Below are positions 37,690 to 47,942 of a DNA stretch of 64,000 nucleotides, piece by piece. The first letter of the stretch is position 1. The number at the start of each line of letters is the position of its first letter. Position numbers and translations under genes: made by a program. The notes beneath the pieces were generated by a model. The model searched no databases, was not told where the DNA came from, and worked only from the letters and a program-made list of their open reading frames with translations. The DNA is taken from sequence record NC_071015.1; one strand, given 5' to 3'.

Positions 37690-38643
37690 TTAATTAAATT
37701 GTTTACTTAAGTAGGACGACAATGTGTCCACATAATCGTCAAGGTAGATCATTACTTTGGGTAGAAACCCTGTGTAAAGGGCGAATACATCTGCGTTGCC
37801 TTCTAAATGCGCATGAAGCTCATTGAGCAGACTGGCAGAGATTTTACCCTTCAGGGCATCCAAATGTGCAAAGGATTTACCCACCACAGTATTGAACTTC
37901 TTTACATACTCAACATAGTGATCCAAAGCTTTCACAACATATTGGTATGTTTCAATCAACTTGTTCAACTTTGAAAGAACCGACTTAACGTCCTCTTTCG
38001 CAAATGATTCCGTTACATCACTCGCTGTCACCACTTCGTTTTCAAGATAGAAGCGACCTTTGGTGGTGTCGTATCGGATAAACTTCCCGCCAGGCAACTC
38101 TGTAGAAGTTGCGGTATTACCGCTGTGCTGGGGGAAATTAACCTTAGGAAACTTTTTGGTATCCAGCACGTCTAAGATGGCAATAGCATCGTCACCCGTG
38201 TTGATTCCCTTTATTCCTTCGGTTGATTTTAATTCGCGAGAGTAGTGCGTCTGGACATCTTGCAAGTATTTAACCAGCTCGTCCATCGTTTTTTGCAGAT
38301 CATCAAGTCCGTCGATGATATCGCTGGGCTTCCCATCACGGGTAACTTTCTTCAATAGCCCTGCGGTAAAAGTCATCTCGTCATTTATAGCGTCTTTAGA
38401 CAGACGGTTATGTAAATGAGCAATGAACATGCGACGGGTTCCGATTGCTTTGATAATCCCCGTTTTGGCGACACGGGCGGCTTCACTGATTTTAGCGACC
38501 GCCATTTCCCCGGTATTTGAACCCACTTCTTTGAGTTTCCCCATGATATCCGTGAGCAGGGATTCTGCCCCATCAACACGGATATCAATAAGGATGAGTC
38601 CTTGAAGTGAGTGCTCGAGGCTATTCACTTCATTCGACATCAT
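37690..38643 (-). CDS. Internal head protein
   Basis: 317 aa; DGAE|SLL site; head module synteny. Confidence 0.55.
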   Translation of the reverse strand: MMSNEVNSLEHSLQGLILIDIRVDGAESLLTDIMGKLKEVGSNTGEMAVAKISEAARVAKTGIIKAIGTRRMFIAHLHNRLSKDAINDEMTFTAGLLKKVTRDGKPSDIIDGLDDLQKTMDELVKYLQDVQTHYSRELKSTEGIKGINTGDDAIAILDVLDTKKFPKVNFPQHSGNTATSTELPGGKFIRYDTTKGRFYLENEVVTASDVTESFAKEDVKSVLSKLNKLIETYQYVVKALDHYVEYVKKFNTVVGKSFAHLDALKGKISASLLNELHAHLEGNADVFALYTGFLPKVMIYLDDYVDTLSSYLSKQFN

Positions 38644-39904
38644 AACACTCCAGATGCAAGTTCAACATGGTGAGCAAATGACTGGCCAGCACGGTCAGCA
38701 TATTGGACACCTGGGTTTTGAAGGCGTTCACATCAAACTGGTAATCCGCCGTGATCAAGCCATACTGATAGGCACGGTCTTGACCGGCATTACCGTTACG
38801 CAGTGTGTTGAGTACGTCTTTCACATCATCAGGGTTAAAGTTAACCGGATCATTTTCAAAGTTCAGTGATTTGAGTCGATCGATGATGGTGCTTACCATA
38901 TCCCGAATCGTAAAGATTTCAGAGAGCGGGAGGATATCTACCGCAACTTTACCCACGCGGCTGTCTTCGGTCTTAATCAGACTAAAGCCGGTCTGCGATA
39001 ACGCATCTGCATAAAGGGTATTGTCTTCAGGAACTTTGATGTTGTCTTTTACCCATTTAGGATCCAGAGCAACACCTCGGAACGAGAAACCATCCAGGGT
39101 AGGTTGAGACTGACGAGCGATCAACATGTTTTTATCGTCATCAACCTTTCCTTTCATTACGAAGAGTTTCGGAAGTTGGCGATCGATCATGGTGATGTCT
39201 TCGTTGCGGTCATTGCCGAAGAAACGGATCGTGATGTTTTTGAAACGCGTTTGTTCCATTTCCCACAGTTTAATGCAAGAAGCAATGTAGTTAAGTTCGC
39301 TTTGCAGTCCCTTTGCCACATCGGTGGTCATCACCCGGCCATTCTTGGAGATAGAACGCGCGATAAGCTCGTTTAACTCAACCTTGGTACAACCTTCACG
39401 TTTACGCCCTACTACGCCCAGACTGGCATCTAAGACTTCTAAACGCCCTTCCAATACTTCTGTAGAGGTCATCAGCTCAACCCAGCTACGGTGGAAGTTA
39501 TCCGCCAGCTGGTTAGCCCAACGTTTGATGTTCTTATAGGTTTCCCCTAACATCTCACGTAAAGCACCGGCACGGATCGCCCGCCACTCTTTGGGGGTGA
39601 TGTTAACACCGAATGACTCGTTCCCAGAAATCACGGTTCCGTTAGTGGTTACCATGAGATCGCTGTTGGCAGCAATGAGGTTATCGACTTTCTTAGCATG
39701 GTCCACGGTAATCTGATAATCAGCTTTGGATTCCAGATTGGTTAACGCCTGCTGTACTTCTTCTTTAATACGAAGGTTGGCACGAAAGTCGGTCAGGACC
39801 TCTTTGGCTTCTTGCTGCATTTTATCAACGTCAGCCACTTTTGCCAAACTGATCTCAGCCATTTTCAGATCATCGAGTACGCTAGCAGTCATAGTAGATA
39901 CCAT
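38630..39904 (-). CDS. Internal head protein
   Basis: 424 aa; SGNE|SFG site followed by an amphipathic helix. Confidence 0.55.
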   Translation of the reverse strand: MVSTMTASVLDDLKMAEISLAKVADVDKMQQEAKEVLTDFRANLRIKEEVQQALTNLESKADYQITVDHAKKVDNLIAANSDLMVTTNGTVISGNESFGVNITPKEWRAIRAGALREMLGETYKNIKRWANQLADNFHRSWVELMTSTEVLEGRLEVLDASLGVVGRKREGCTKVELNELIARSISKNGRVMTTDVAKGLQSELNYIASCIKLWEMEQTRFKNITIRFFGNDRNEDITMIDRQLPKLFVMKGKVDDDKNMLIARQSQPTLDGFSFRGVALDPKWVKDNIKVPEDNTLYADALSQTGFSLIKTEDSRVGKVAVDILPLSEIFTIRDMVSTIIDRLKSLNFENDPVNFNPDDVKDVLNTLRNGNAGQDRAYQYGLITADYQFDVNAFKTQVSNMLTVLASHLLTMLNLHLECYDVE

Positions 39905-40412
39905 CCAGGCTCAGACAGAGTTTAGCTGCCAGCTCGGGACCGATCAGCGCCATGATGTCGTAAAAGTGACGATCTTCAATAACAGAGAAGTCCACATCTT
40001 CCACGCGGAATTGATTTCGGCTTTCCTGATACTCATCATAGATGATGGAAGTTTTAATCACTTCCCCATTTTTGCTGAGGTTTTGGATGCGGTTCAAATC
40101 GATCTTCAATTGTGCAACCACTGTGCGCCCAGACAGGCGCCCCATGATGTATCCCACAATCTTTCTGACCAGCTCTTTACGAGCCCCGCCACCATTACGG
40201 AAGTTCACAATCAACCAGTTACGGAAGTTGGGACCAATGTAGCGACGGGTAATGGCGAAGATCTCTTTGTGTGACTCTGCATCATCCAGCAGGTTGAAGG
40301 CATTAAACGAACCCAGGAAGGATTTGATAATGCGTTCACTGCTTTCTAATGTTGCCGCATCGAACGTAACAGGAACCAGACCGAATTTAAGATACTTAAA
40401 CTCAGTTGCCAT
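39882..40412 (-). CDS. Conserved head-module protein
   Basis: 176 aa, overlaps both neighbours. Confidence 0.45.
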   Translation of the reverse strand: MATEFKYLKFGLVPVTFDAATLESSERIIKSFLGSFNAFNLLDDAESHKEIFAITRRYIGPNFRNWLIVNFRNGGGARKELVRKIVGYIMGRLSGRTVVAQLKIDLNRIQNLSKNGEVIKTSIIYDEYQESRNQFRVEDVDFSVIEDRHFYDIMALIGPELAAKLCLSLDGIYYDC

Positions 40413-41274
40413 ATTTCGCCTCGATTTGCATGATTTTGCCCTGCTTCTTAATCAGCGCGTCCTGATACACTTCGATCTGACGATCGATGTCAGGATCGTT
40501 GGTCCCGTCACGACGGTTGTTCAGACGCGCAATTTTCATGGCCAACATGTCGATATCCTGATTGGTATCCACGATGGCTTTGATGTCTGCTTTCATCTGA
40601 CGACGTTTCCACCAGTACAGTGGATTCAGTTCGTGCGGTGCCAGACCACGCAGAGCAGAGACAGCTTTATCTCCAACGCTGTTGCGCAAGATCTCTTCTG
40701 ATGTTGCGTCATACGTTTCATCAGACAGGTTATCCACCATATCTTCCAGGGATTTAACCGACTGAGAGAAACGGATCAGCAGCCCGGCAAAGTACGTCGG
40801 GGTGTTGTTGAAGAACGTGATGTCCACTTTGGTCAGGAAGCTCGCAAAGTTAACTTCTTTTGCAGCCTGGGTCAGAACGATGTTCAGAACCATAGTGGCG
40901 TAGCGGTTGAAGAAGTTCAGCGCACTGACGATGTCCAGGATCCCTTTCTCACGGAACGTGATGGTTTCCACATCGTACACACTGGTTTTACTTTTCAGCA
41001 CACGGTCACGCAGTTTCGGTAACCACATGTCCAGCTGCTTCGCTGCATACTCAAGAGAGTCGATCAGATCAGCATGCGGGTTCAGACCTTTCTTCAGCTG
41101 ATTCTCAATACCGCGCAGGACCGCATTCTTCTGAATGTAACCGTTAACTGCTGCGATATTCTCCGGAGAGTCTTTCAGCAGGTGAATGGTGTCCAGCAGG
41201 CCTTTGACGTGTGCCGATTCTTTATCGATGGCAACAAGCACTTCCAGCTTGGGGGTTTCGTTGATAATGATCAT
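40402..41274 (-). CDS. Abundant head/inner-body protein (phiKZ gp90-like)
   Basis: 290 aa, strong codon bias, LNPLYWWKRRQ motif, synteny. Confidence 0.55.
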   Translation of the reverse strand: MIIINETPKLEVLVAIDKESAHVKGLLDTIHLLKDSPENIAAVNGYIQKNAVLRGIENQLKKGLNPHADLIDSLEYAAKQLDMWLPKLRDRVLKSKTSVYDVETITFREKGILDIVSALNFFNRYATMVLNIVLTQAAKEVNFASFLTKVDITFFNNTPTYFAGLLIRFSQSVKSLEDMVDNLSDETYDATSEEILRNSVGDKAVSALRGLAPHELNPLYWWKRRQMKADIKAIVDTNQDIDMLAMKIARLNNRRDGTNDPDIDRQIEVYQDALIKKQGKIMQIEAKYGN

Positions 41275-41276
41275 TA

Positions 41277-42413
41277 TTAACGTCCAGTAAACAGTTTAGA
41301 AAGAGAAGCCAGATCCATGGACGTATCTTTCTTAGAAGCTACGGTGATCTGACGCTGGGTCCACGTTTCCGGCATGTTGTTGCCTGCGTAGTAGAACGTG
41401 AACAGACCTAAGCCATCATCTACCACCACGATGGTATTTGCCAGAACCGATTTGCGAATCTTACCGATGCCGTTGCTATCAAAGCGTACGCCAATTTCCA
41501 GCTCGATGTTGCGAGCGGTTTCAGCAGTCAGGATGATAGTGTTGGCCGCGCTGTTCATGCTGACCATACCGGTACGCAGGGCAGCCATGCGATTTTTGGC
41601 TTCGCGGTCTTTGGCTTCACTGTAGTATCCAGACAGATCGTTACGACGAATATTGAACTCGCGCTTGATCTCATCCGTTCCCATCAGGAATTCTGGTGAC
41701 GTGATCTCTTTACTGCGATACATCATCACACGAGCAAACCAACCTTCTTCCGGACGTGCTGCTTCAAAGATTCTTTGAATGCTGGAAGAATCAACCGGAA
41801 CCGGAGTTTGACGGAAGGTCAGCGGGAAGTTTAGCTGAGTACCATCAATGGTGACCGATGCTTCTACAGTACGACCAATTGCCAGAGGCTGATATTCGGT
41901 CAGATCAGAAACTTGCTTACCGTTTACCATCACCAACTTGTCTGTGCGTTCTGCTTTTTCAGAACCAGCAGCAACAGGTTTGGCTTCTTGCCCAGCGATT
42001 TCGTTAAAGTTGAACGGACGGTTAGTTGGGCGACCAAATGACTCAGCACCTGCGTAGGACAGGAAACCGGCACGGCGTGGGTTGATGCCGTCAACCAGAT
42101 CGGAGATTTTGATGCCGTTAACTTGACCCTGCTGGGCCAGGTGAGAAAGGGCATCTTTAATATCACGCAGGTTGATCACTGTCATCAGGTCGTTCATGTA
42201 GTCCTGATGTAACAGAGTGTTTTCAACAGCAACCATTGGGGAAATCAGGGTTTTTGCAGCGGACTGTGAAAGGCTACCAGTCTGAAGAACATTGTATGTC
42301 GCAGTAGCTCCATCAACGATTTTCTTTGCTTCTGCAACCCCTTCTTTGCTAGCCCCAAAGGCTGACGCCAGCTGAGTCAGCATGGCACCAAAAGAAAGAA
42401 TTTGAGGAATCAT
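41277..42413 (-). CDS. Abundant head/inner-body protein (phiKZ gp89-like)
   Basis: 378 aa; AGAE|SF and AGQE|A sites; PLAIGRTVEASV motif. Confidence 0.55.
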   Translation of the reverse strand: MIPQILSFGAMLTQLASAFGASKEGVAEAKKIVDGATATYNVLQTGSLSQSAAKTLISPMVAVENTLLHQDYMNDLMTVINLRDIKDALSHLAQQGQVNGIKISDLVDGINPRRAGFLSYAGAESFGRPTNRPFNFNEIAGQEAKPVAAGSEKAERTDKLVMVNGKQVSDLTEYQPLAIGRTVEASVTIDGTQLNFPLTFRQTPVPVDSSSIQRIFEAARPEEGWFARVMMYRSKEITSPEFLMGTDEIKREFNIRRNDLSGYYSEAKDREAKNRMAALRTGMVSMNSAANTIILTAETARNIELEIGVRFDSNGIGKIRKSVLANTIVVVDDGLGLFTFYYAGNNMPETWTQRQITVASKKDTSMDLASLSKLFTGR

Positions 42414-42440
42414 TAAAAATGCTCCGTTTGAGGTTTATAT

Positions 42441-43496
42441 ATGGACCAAGATGAAAATAATTTTACAAATTATTCAGGGGAGAACCTACCTAAGCGGCAA
42501 GAAATCTTTGATGCTGCATTGCTATCTGGAACTTCACCTGGCTGGACCGCTCCCTTAATCAACTCACTTCGGGGATTAAGGATTGTGGGTAAAGGCCCGG
42601 CAATGATGCCTTTGGCCGACAACACCATAGGATTGGCGCTTGTCACCCGCCCTCAGTTGAACCTGACTGATGACAACATTACCCGCTCAGAAAAACTGGT
42701 CAGTTTATACGGAGTCGGTCCAAACAGTATCGGGGCATATGTCCGAGGGATGCTCGATGAACGATGGGCAGCTGCCAATAATCCGATTTTGTTAAACAAC
42801 AAGCTTCCTTTTATTACCTGTTTAACCGAATACCTGAAAACATCCACTGGGTTTAACGATCTGCAAATCTCGATTGATACCAGTGAACCGGGATTACGTA
42901 GTCAGGTGTATCAGCGAGTTTCCAGTAAGCTTGAGGACAACTCGGTCTACAGCATTAACCAAACGTACTTTAACCCGAAGCCGTCTGTGATTCAGGGATT
43001 GTTCCAATACTGGGAAGATTACATTTCAGAAGTGACCTCGGGAGATCGTCAAGTCAGTCCACGTACCTGGTACTTGATGGGTAACCGTATTGATTACGAT
43101 TGCCGCATCTATCACTTGATAATGAACAAGGACAGTTATTTTCTGGAACATATCTTTGCCACAGTGCAATCGATTCCGGTGTCCTATCCAGCAGGGGCTA
43201 TTGCTTCTATTGATAACACCCAGAACAGTTTGCGTGGTGAAGGTCAGGATGACTTCTCAGTACAGTTCTCATCCGCAGGTCAACGTATGGATGAATGGGG
43301 TTTGATCCAGGCGTTCAATGAACACAGTTTCCTGTACAACCCGGCTATTCGTCCTGAAACACGCAACAGTTATTATCGGGAACTGGATCCAACCGAATAC
43401 GTCGCTTACGGATACGGGGCGTATCCTTTATTACTTCCCCGTATAACCGATAACGGCCGTACGGGTATTAAACTCACATGGTGGGTGGAGAAATAA
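42441..43496 (+). CDS. Baseplate/tail structural protein (phiKZ gp88-like)
   Basis: 351 aa; VTRPQLNL, RIDYDCRIY motifs; coupled to the following large gene. Confidence 0.55.
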   Translation: MDQDENNFTNYSGENLPKRQEIFDAALLSGTSPGWTAPLINSLRGLRIVGKGPAMMPLADNTIGLALVTRPQLNLTDDNITRSEKLVSLYGVGPNSIGAYVRGMLDERWAAANNPILLNNKLPFITCLTEYLKTSTGFNDLQISIDTSEPGLRSQVYQRVSSKLEDNSVYSINQTYFNPKPSVIQGLFQYWEDYISEVTSGDRQVSPRTWYLMGNRIDYDCRIYHLIMNKDSYFLEHIFATVQSIPVSYPAGAIASIDNTQNSLRGEGQDDFSVQFSSAGQRMDEWGLIQAFNEHSFLYNPAIRPETRNSYYRELDPTEYVAYGYGAYPLLLPRITDNGRTGIKLTWWVEK

Positions 43497-43498
43497 GT

Positions 43499-46459
43499 AT
43501 GGATTTTGATGAACTGACACGGATATCGAATAACCCAACCAGGGTAATTTCGGCCGTGTTGAACAATATCGAAAGTGCATTTACGGCAGGGGGTGGGAGC
43601 CTTAACTCCACGGACCATCCTTTCCCGTATATCGTGGATTTGATTACCGGGGTTAACTACGGGTTCATTTCGCGATTGGGGGATGTGGAAGCCGGTCAGT
43701 ATCGGGTTCATGCCCGCAACATCGGGGATTTGTCAAAAACCATGTCTGACGATGACTGGTATGGCGTGTATGCTGAACCCAGTGGAACGTCATTGCGTTT
43801 CATTATTTCAGAAGAGTCTCTCGATCGGTATTCCATTCGGTATAATGAAGTGAATGGAAATCTGAATAACACGTACCGTAAATTGGTTATTCCACCGGAC
43901 ACCCAGTTCGATGTAGCAGGAATCCCGTTCCTGTTAGAGAACCCGGTTGAGATTCGTGTGATGGATCACGGTGGGTATGAAGTGGTTTACGACAGCACCC
44001 GTCAGTCGACCCTGAAACCATTGGCAACCAACACACCGGATATCGTCTATCTGGATATCGACCGTCGTCGTTACATGGCGATCACTATTCCGGTACGCCA
44101 GTTAGCTATTGATGCTCACGTTAACAAGTCGGCTAACCCCAACACCGGGTTTAAAGAATCAATCCAGTATGAAGACAGTCTTTATGCGGTACGTGCCTTT
44201 ATTACTCCGGATGGCAGCAACACCCGTTCTGAGATGGCGGTGATCTTTAATAACAAGATCTACGACCCGAATCAGGTTACGTTGGTGATCGACCTGAAAG
44301 ACGAGAACACGTTCGAAGCTACCATTCCGCCAGTGTACATGCAAAACGGAATGATCACGGCCGCTCGTGTTACCATCTTGGTTTACACGACCAAGGGTGA
44401 ATACTACCGCGATTTCTCTACGTTGCAAAATCAGTACTTCAAAGCACAGTACTTTGATTACGCCAATGCTGGCGGTGCCCTGAACGAGTTTGAAAAGCCG
44501 TTCAGTAAAATCAATGACGTGCTCATTGACTCCATTGCACCGATCACAGGTGGACGTGCGGCAACGCCGTTTGAAGAGCTGAAGAACATGCTCATCTACG
44601 GACACCGTCAACGCCAGATTCCGGTCAGTAACTCGGACATCTCTCAGTTCTTACAACGGGCTGGGTACTCTTCCGTTAAATCCATCGACATGGTGACAAA
44701 CCGTCTTTATCGTGTAACCAAAGACTTGCCGGTACAGAACAATAAACTGTATCAGGACAGTTCAGTGGTCCGCTTTAACTCGGCGATTGGAACCAACGTA
44801 GGGTCCATGTTGACTTCTCTGGAAGAACTGATTGGGTCAGGTTGGGGGATTGATAACGGACGTCGTGTGACCCTCTTGCAGCGGGCTGCGTTTGATATTA
44901 CCAAACAAACTCCGTATCTGGTTTCCAAACAAGAGTTCGATACCTTAATGAACTCCTCTAACCAGAACAAGATCAACACGCTTTCCACCAAGACCATGGC
45001 GTACAACCCGTTCGCTTATGTCTTTGATACCACCAAGAACCGCGCTACCGTGCGTATTTATCGTCTCAGTATCCCGTCGATCAAATACCAAACGTTCCGA
45101 TTTGAAAACGCCACGCTGGGACTACAGGTCGGTATTGACGTCATTAACATGGAAGCCACCAAAGAGCATTACACCATCACAGTACAAACCAAGTCATCGG
45201 ACGCGTACAAAGAGTTGGATGATGCCCTGGTTAATCTTCAGTTGAGTTTCATCTCTGCCGGCTCTACTACGCCGGTGACCATGAAAGCTCAGCTACTCGG
45301 TAAAACTCAGGACGGCGAACGACGCTTCATGTTTACGCTTCCTACCCGGTTTGATGTTGACGATTCTGATCAGATTGACTTCTCAGGCTTTAGCCAGTTT
45401 GGTCGTCCGCAGGATAAAGTCTATATCGATTTAAGCACCACGGCTAACTTTATCTTTACCTATGCCGGGGATGGCCTGCAGCTGCTTTCTAGCTCAGACA
45501 TGAAAATCGATCAGACCCTCTTTGATCAAACCAACGTGGCGATCATCGAAACGGAATATGCGGTGGAGTTTGGTCGTCGTTTAAGTTCTCTGTACACACG
45601 TATTCGCCCTATGGTAGGTGAAGGCATTTACGAGAAGTACGAAGACAACGTCCCAGAAACGTACAAGCAAGACGAGTACGAATATGAAGACGTGAAAGAC
45701 CCGACCACTGGAATTACCATCCGTCAGCTGAAGTTGGTAGACGGTGTCCCGGTGATCAAACATAACCGAGGCGAACAGGTCTACACGGAAGCCGGTGAAC
45801 CGGTGTGGCGTTTCCTGAAAGGTCAGACGGTATACAACAGCAACAATGAACCGATTGAGCTTGCACCTCGCAAGATGAAATATTATTGGGATTTCATTGG
45901 CTTTGATTTCAACTACCTGATCTCACAGGACCAGTACGACACCGATTACATGAACACGGTGGAAGATTTCTTTGTCGACCAAGTGGTTGCGCAGTTGGAT
46001 GATTACAACAAGATCACCCTGGATGAAACAACGTTGGTATTCAAACCACGTTCAACCATGGGCTTCACCAAAGTGGTAATCAACGAAGCTATCGAGCGCA
46101 TGCTGAAAAACGACCTGTCCTTCACGGTTACCTATATGTTAACCAAAGAAGGGCTGCGTAATCAGAACTTGAAAGACAACCTGGTCACGATGACTCACAC
46201 GCAGATCAACAACATCTTGCTGAAAGATACCGTTGCCCGCAGTGACATCATCAAGGTTCTAAAAGAACTGGCTGGGAATGAAGTGATTGATGTTCGTCTG
46301 ACTGCATTAGCAGGTACGACGGATATTGATGCCATTACGAACATTGACTCTACTAACGGATTCAGTGTGCGTAAAGTGGTTGAGCAGACAGCTGATAAAT
46401 TCCTGACTATTAAGGAAGATATCGACGTCCAGTTCAAACGCCACTTGAACGACCAGTAA
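43499..46459 (+). CDS. Large baseplate wedge-like protein (phiKZ gp87-like)
   Basis: Start moved to ATG 43499 (GGAG RBS); ITGGRAATPFEELK..I segment resembles baseplate wedge/J-type proteins. Confidence 0.6.
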   Translation: MDFDELTRISNNPTRVISAVLNNIESAFTAGGGSLNSTDHPFPYIVDLITGVNYGFISRLGDVEAGQYRVHARNIGDLSKTMSDDDWYGVYAEPSGTSLRFIISEESLDRYSIRYNEVNGNLNNTYRKLVIPPDTQFDVAGIPFLLENPVEIRVMDHGGYEVVYDSTRQSTLKPLATNTPDIVYLDIDRRRYMAITIPVRQLAIDAHVNKSANPNTGFKESIQYEDSLYAVRAFITPDGSNTRSEMAVIFNNKIYDPNQVTLVIDLKDENTFEATIPPVYMQNGMITAARVTILVYTTKGEYYRDFSTLQNQYFKAQYFDYANAGGALNEFEKPFSKINDVLIDSIAPITGGRAATPFEELKNMLIYGHRQRQIPVSNSDISQFLQRAGYSSVKSIDMVTNRLYRVTKDLPVQNNKLYQDSSVVRFNSAIGTNVGSMLTSLEELIGSGWGIDNGRRVTLLQRAAFDITKQTPYLVSKQEFDTLMNSSNQNKINTLSTKTMAYNPFAYVFDTTKNRATVRIYRLSIPSIKYQTFRFENATLGLQVGIDVINMEATKEHYTITVQTKSSDAYKELDDALVNLQLSFISAGSTTPVTMKAQLLGKTQDGERRFMFTLPTRFDVDDSDQIDFSGFSQFGRPQDKVYIDLSTTANFIFTYAGDGLQLLSSSDMKIDQTLFDQTNVAIIETEYAVEFGRRLSSLYTRIRPMVGEGIYEKYEDNVPETYKQDEYEYEDVKDPTTGITIRQLKLVDGVPVIKHNRGEQVYTEAGEPVWRFLKGQTVYNSNNEPIELAPRKMKYYWDFIGFDFNYLISQDQYDTDYMNTVEDFFVDQVVAQLDDYNKITLDETTLVFKPRSTMGFTKVVINEAIERMLKNDLSFTVTYMLTKEGLRNQNLKDNLVTMTHTQINNILLKDTVARSDIIKVLKELAGNEVIDVRLTALAGTTDIDAITNIDSTNGFSVRKVVEQTADKFLTIKEDIDVQFKRHLNDQ

Positions 46460-46463
46460 ACAG

Positions 46464-46505
46464 CATAAACTCCCTACCCCTCCGCAAGGAAGGGTAGGGG
46501 TTATG
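46464..46505. terminator. Bidirectional hairpin (GCAA loop) flanked by CATA/TATG; near-identical to 62187-62227
   Basis: CCCTACCC-CTCCGCAAGGAA-GGGTAGGG. Confidence 0.75.
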
Positions 46506-46518
46506 TCATTCTTCAGGA

Positions 46519-47220
46519 TTAAATAAAGTTATCGTAAACATTTTCAATACGAGCATGAAGTTCAGTAAAATCTTTACTCATAACCGTTATAGAAGAAAGC
46601 TTGCGTTCTTCGTCTGGGGTAACGTGTTTAACTTTGGCATCGATGCCGTCCAGAAGTTTATAGAGTTCTTTTCGGCTAGCACCAAAGGCTCGACTGATTT
46701 GACTCTCTATTTTGCTGGCTTCTTTATTGACATCTGTCTGTTTAAGCAATGCCAAGAGCTCGTCCATCTTATCGGTCACTTGACGGATATCGACCTGAAT
46801 ATTCAGGAAACCCTCGACATCCAAATTAGTGATTCTTTCCGCAATTTGCTCATATTGCGGTTTTAAATTCTCAATCGCTTTCTCGACGCCAGGGATCTTC
46901 TCCGATACTTCTTTGACCCTTTCGTGGTCTTCTTTATTGGAGTTCACTGGGCCAGCTTTCTTGAAAGACTTTCTTCCCTTTCCTGTAAGAAAATCCCGAA
47001 TAGCCCTGATCACTTTAATGATCCACTCTTTGACATTGGATGCCCCGCGTTTAATGGAATCCAAGAACCCTTCCTGGCCTGCTACCGCCCCAAAATCTGC
47101 AGCATGCAGCTTCAGGACCGCATAGGCATAGCGCCCATCTGAGTTCAACGGTCTTCCACTGTTGATGTTCTCGCAACCCGCTAACATCGTAGCAAAGTGC
47201 TCTACTTCTCCGAATGACAT
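46519..47220 (-). CDS. Head protein paralog family member 1 (conserved FGEVEH...AGQE|GFLD leader)
   Basis: MSFGEVEHFATMLAGCE...YAVLKLHA...AGQEGFLDSIKRGA. Confidence 0.7.
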   Translation of the reverse strand: MSFGEVEHFATMLAGCENINSGRPLNSDGRYAYAVLKLHAADFGAVAGQEGFLDSIKRGASNVKEWIIKVIRAIRDFLTGKGRKSFKKAGPVNSNKEDHERVKEVSEKIPGVEKAIENLKPQYEQIAERITNLDVEGFLNIQVDIRQVTDKMDELLALLKQTDVNKEASKIESQISRAFGASRKELYKLLDGIDAKVKHVTPDEERKLSSITVMSKDFTELHARIENVYDNFI

Positions 47221-47251
47221 ATCGTCCCCTAATTAAAAGAATATAACAAAA

Positions 47252-47284
47252 GATCCTACTCTCCTTAACGGGAGAGTAGGGATC
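47252..47284 (-). terminator. Terminator hairpin
   Basis: CCTACTCTCC-6nt-GGAGAGTAGG with GATC flanks, then TTTTG on the minus strand. Confidence 0.7.
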
Positions 47285-47286
47285 AA

Positions 47287-47940
47287 TTAGAACTTAAGGA
47301 AACTGTCAAGATAGTTCAGATACGTACGCATAGAGCGAATGATGTAATCCTCATGAAGACGGAAATCATCACTGGTCACAGTGGACCAACGCATCATACG
47401 TTCTTCACTACAGAGATCCTTGGTCAGCGTATCCAGATCGACATTAAGATAATCAATCCATTCACACGCTTCCACTTCAGACCACTGATCTTCCGTTACC
47501 ATCGTCTTTTGATTAGAATAGAAGATGGTCATCAAACGGGCAACCGCACGACGCAGATATACCTGACGTTCGATCTTATCGCTCAGAGTAGTTTCACTCA
47601 ATTTGACCGAAGTCTCTTTGATGTACTCGGCGATATTGGTCATGATTAACAGACGAGCCTTTTTCAGAGCATCGTTATAACCGTTGGTGATATCGTGACC
47701 TTCAATGAAGGAACGCGTTTCAAATGCGTTTCGTTCGGTTTTGGTTGATGCCAACGTAATGGCCAGCACTTCTTTGCCGGACACGTTAGGCAGGTTGAAG
47801 ATCTCGTCAATGAATGCCAAACAACCTTTCTTACAACGCGGCTCCCGAGTAAACGTATGAACGTAATCCAGGAACTTATTGTATTTAGTTTGGTCAATCA
47901 AGAGCTGATCTAACAACGCAAAGATTTCTTCTTTTTGCAT
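47287..47940 (-). CDS. Hypothetical protein
   Basis: 217 aa helical ORF. Confidence 0.45.
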   Translation of the reverse strand: MQKEEIFALLDQLLIDQTKYNKFLDYVHTFTREPRCKKGCLAFIDEIFNLPNVSGKEVLAITLASTKTERNAFETRSFIEGHDITNGYNDALKKARLLIMTNIAEYIKETSVKLSETTLSDKIERQVYLRRAVARLMTIFYSNQKTMVTEDQWSEVEACEWIDYLNVDLDTLTKDLCSEERMMRWSTVTSDDFRLHEDYIIRSMRTYLNYLDSFLKF

Positions 47941-47942
47941 GA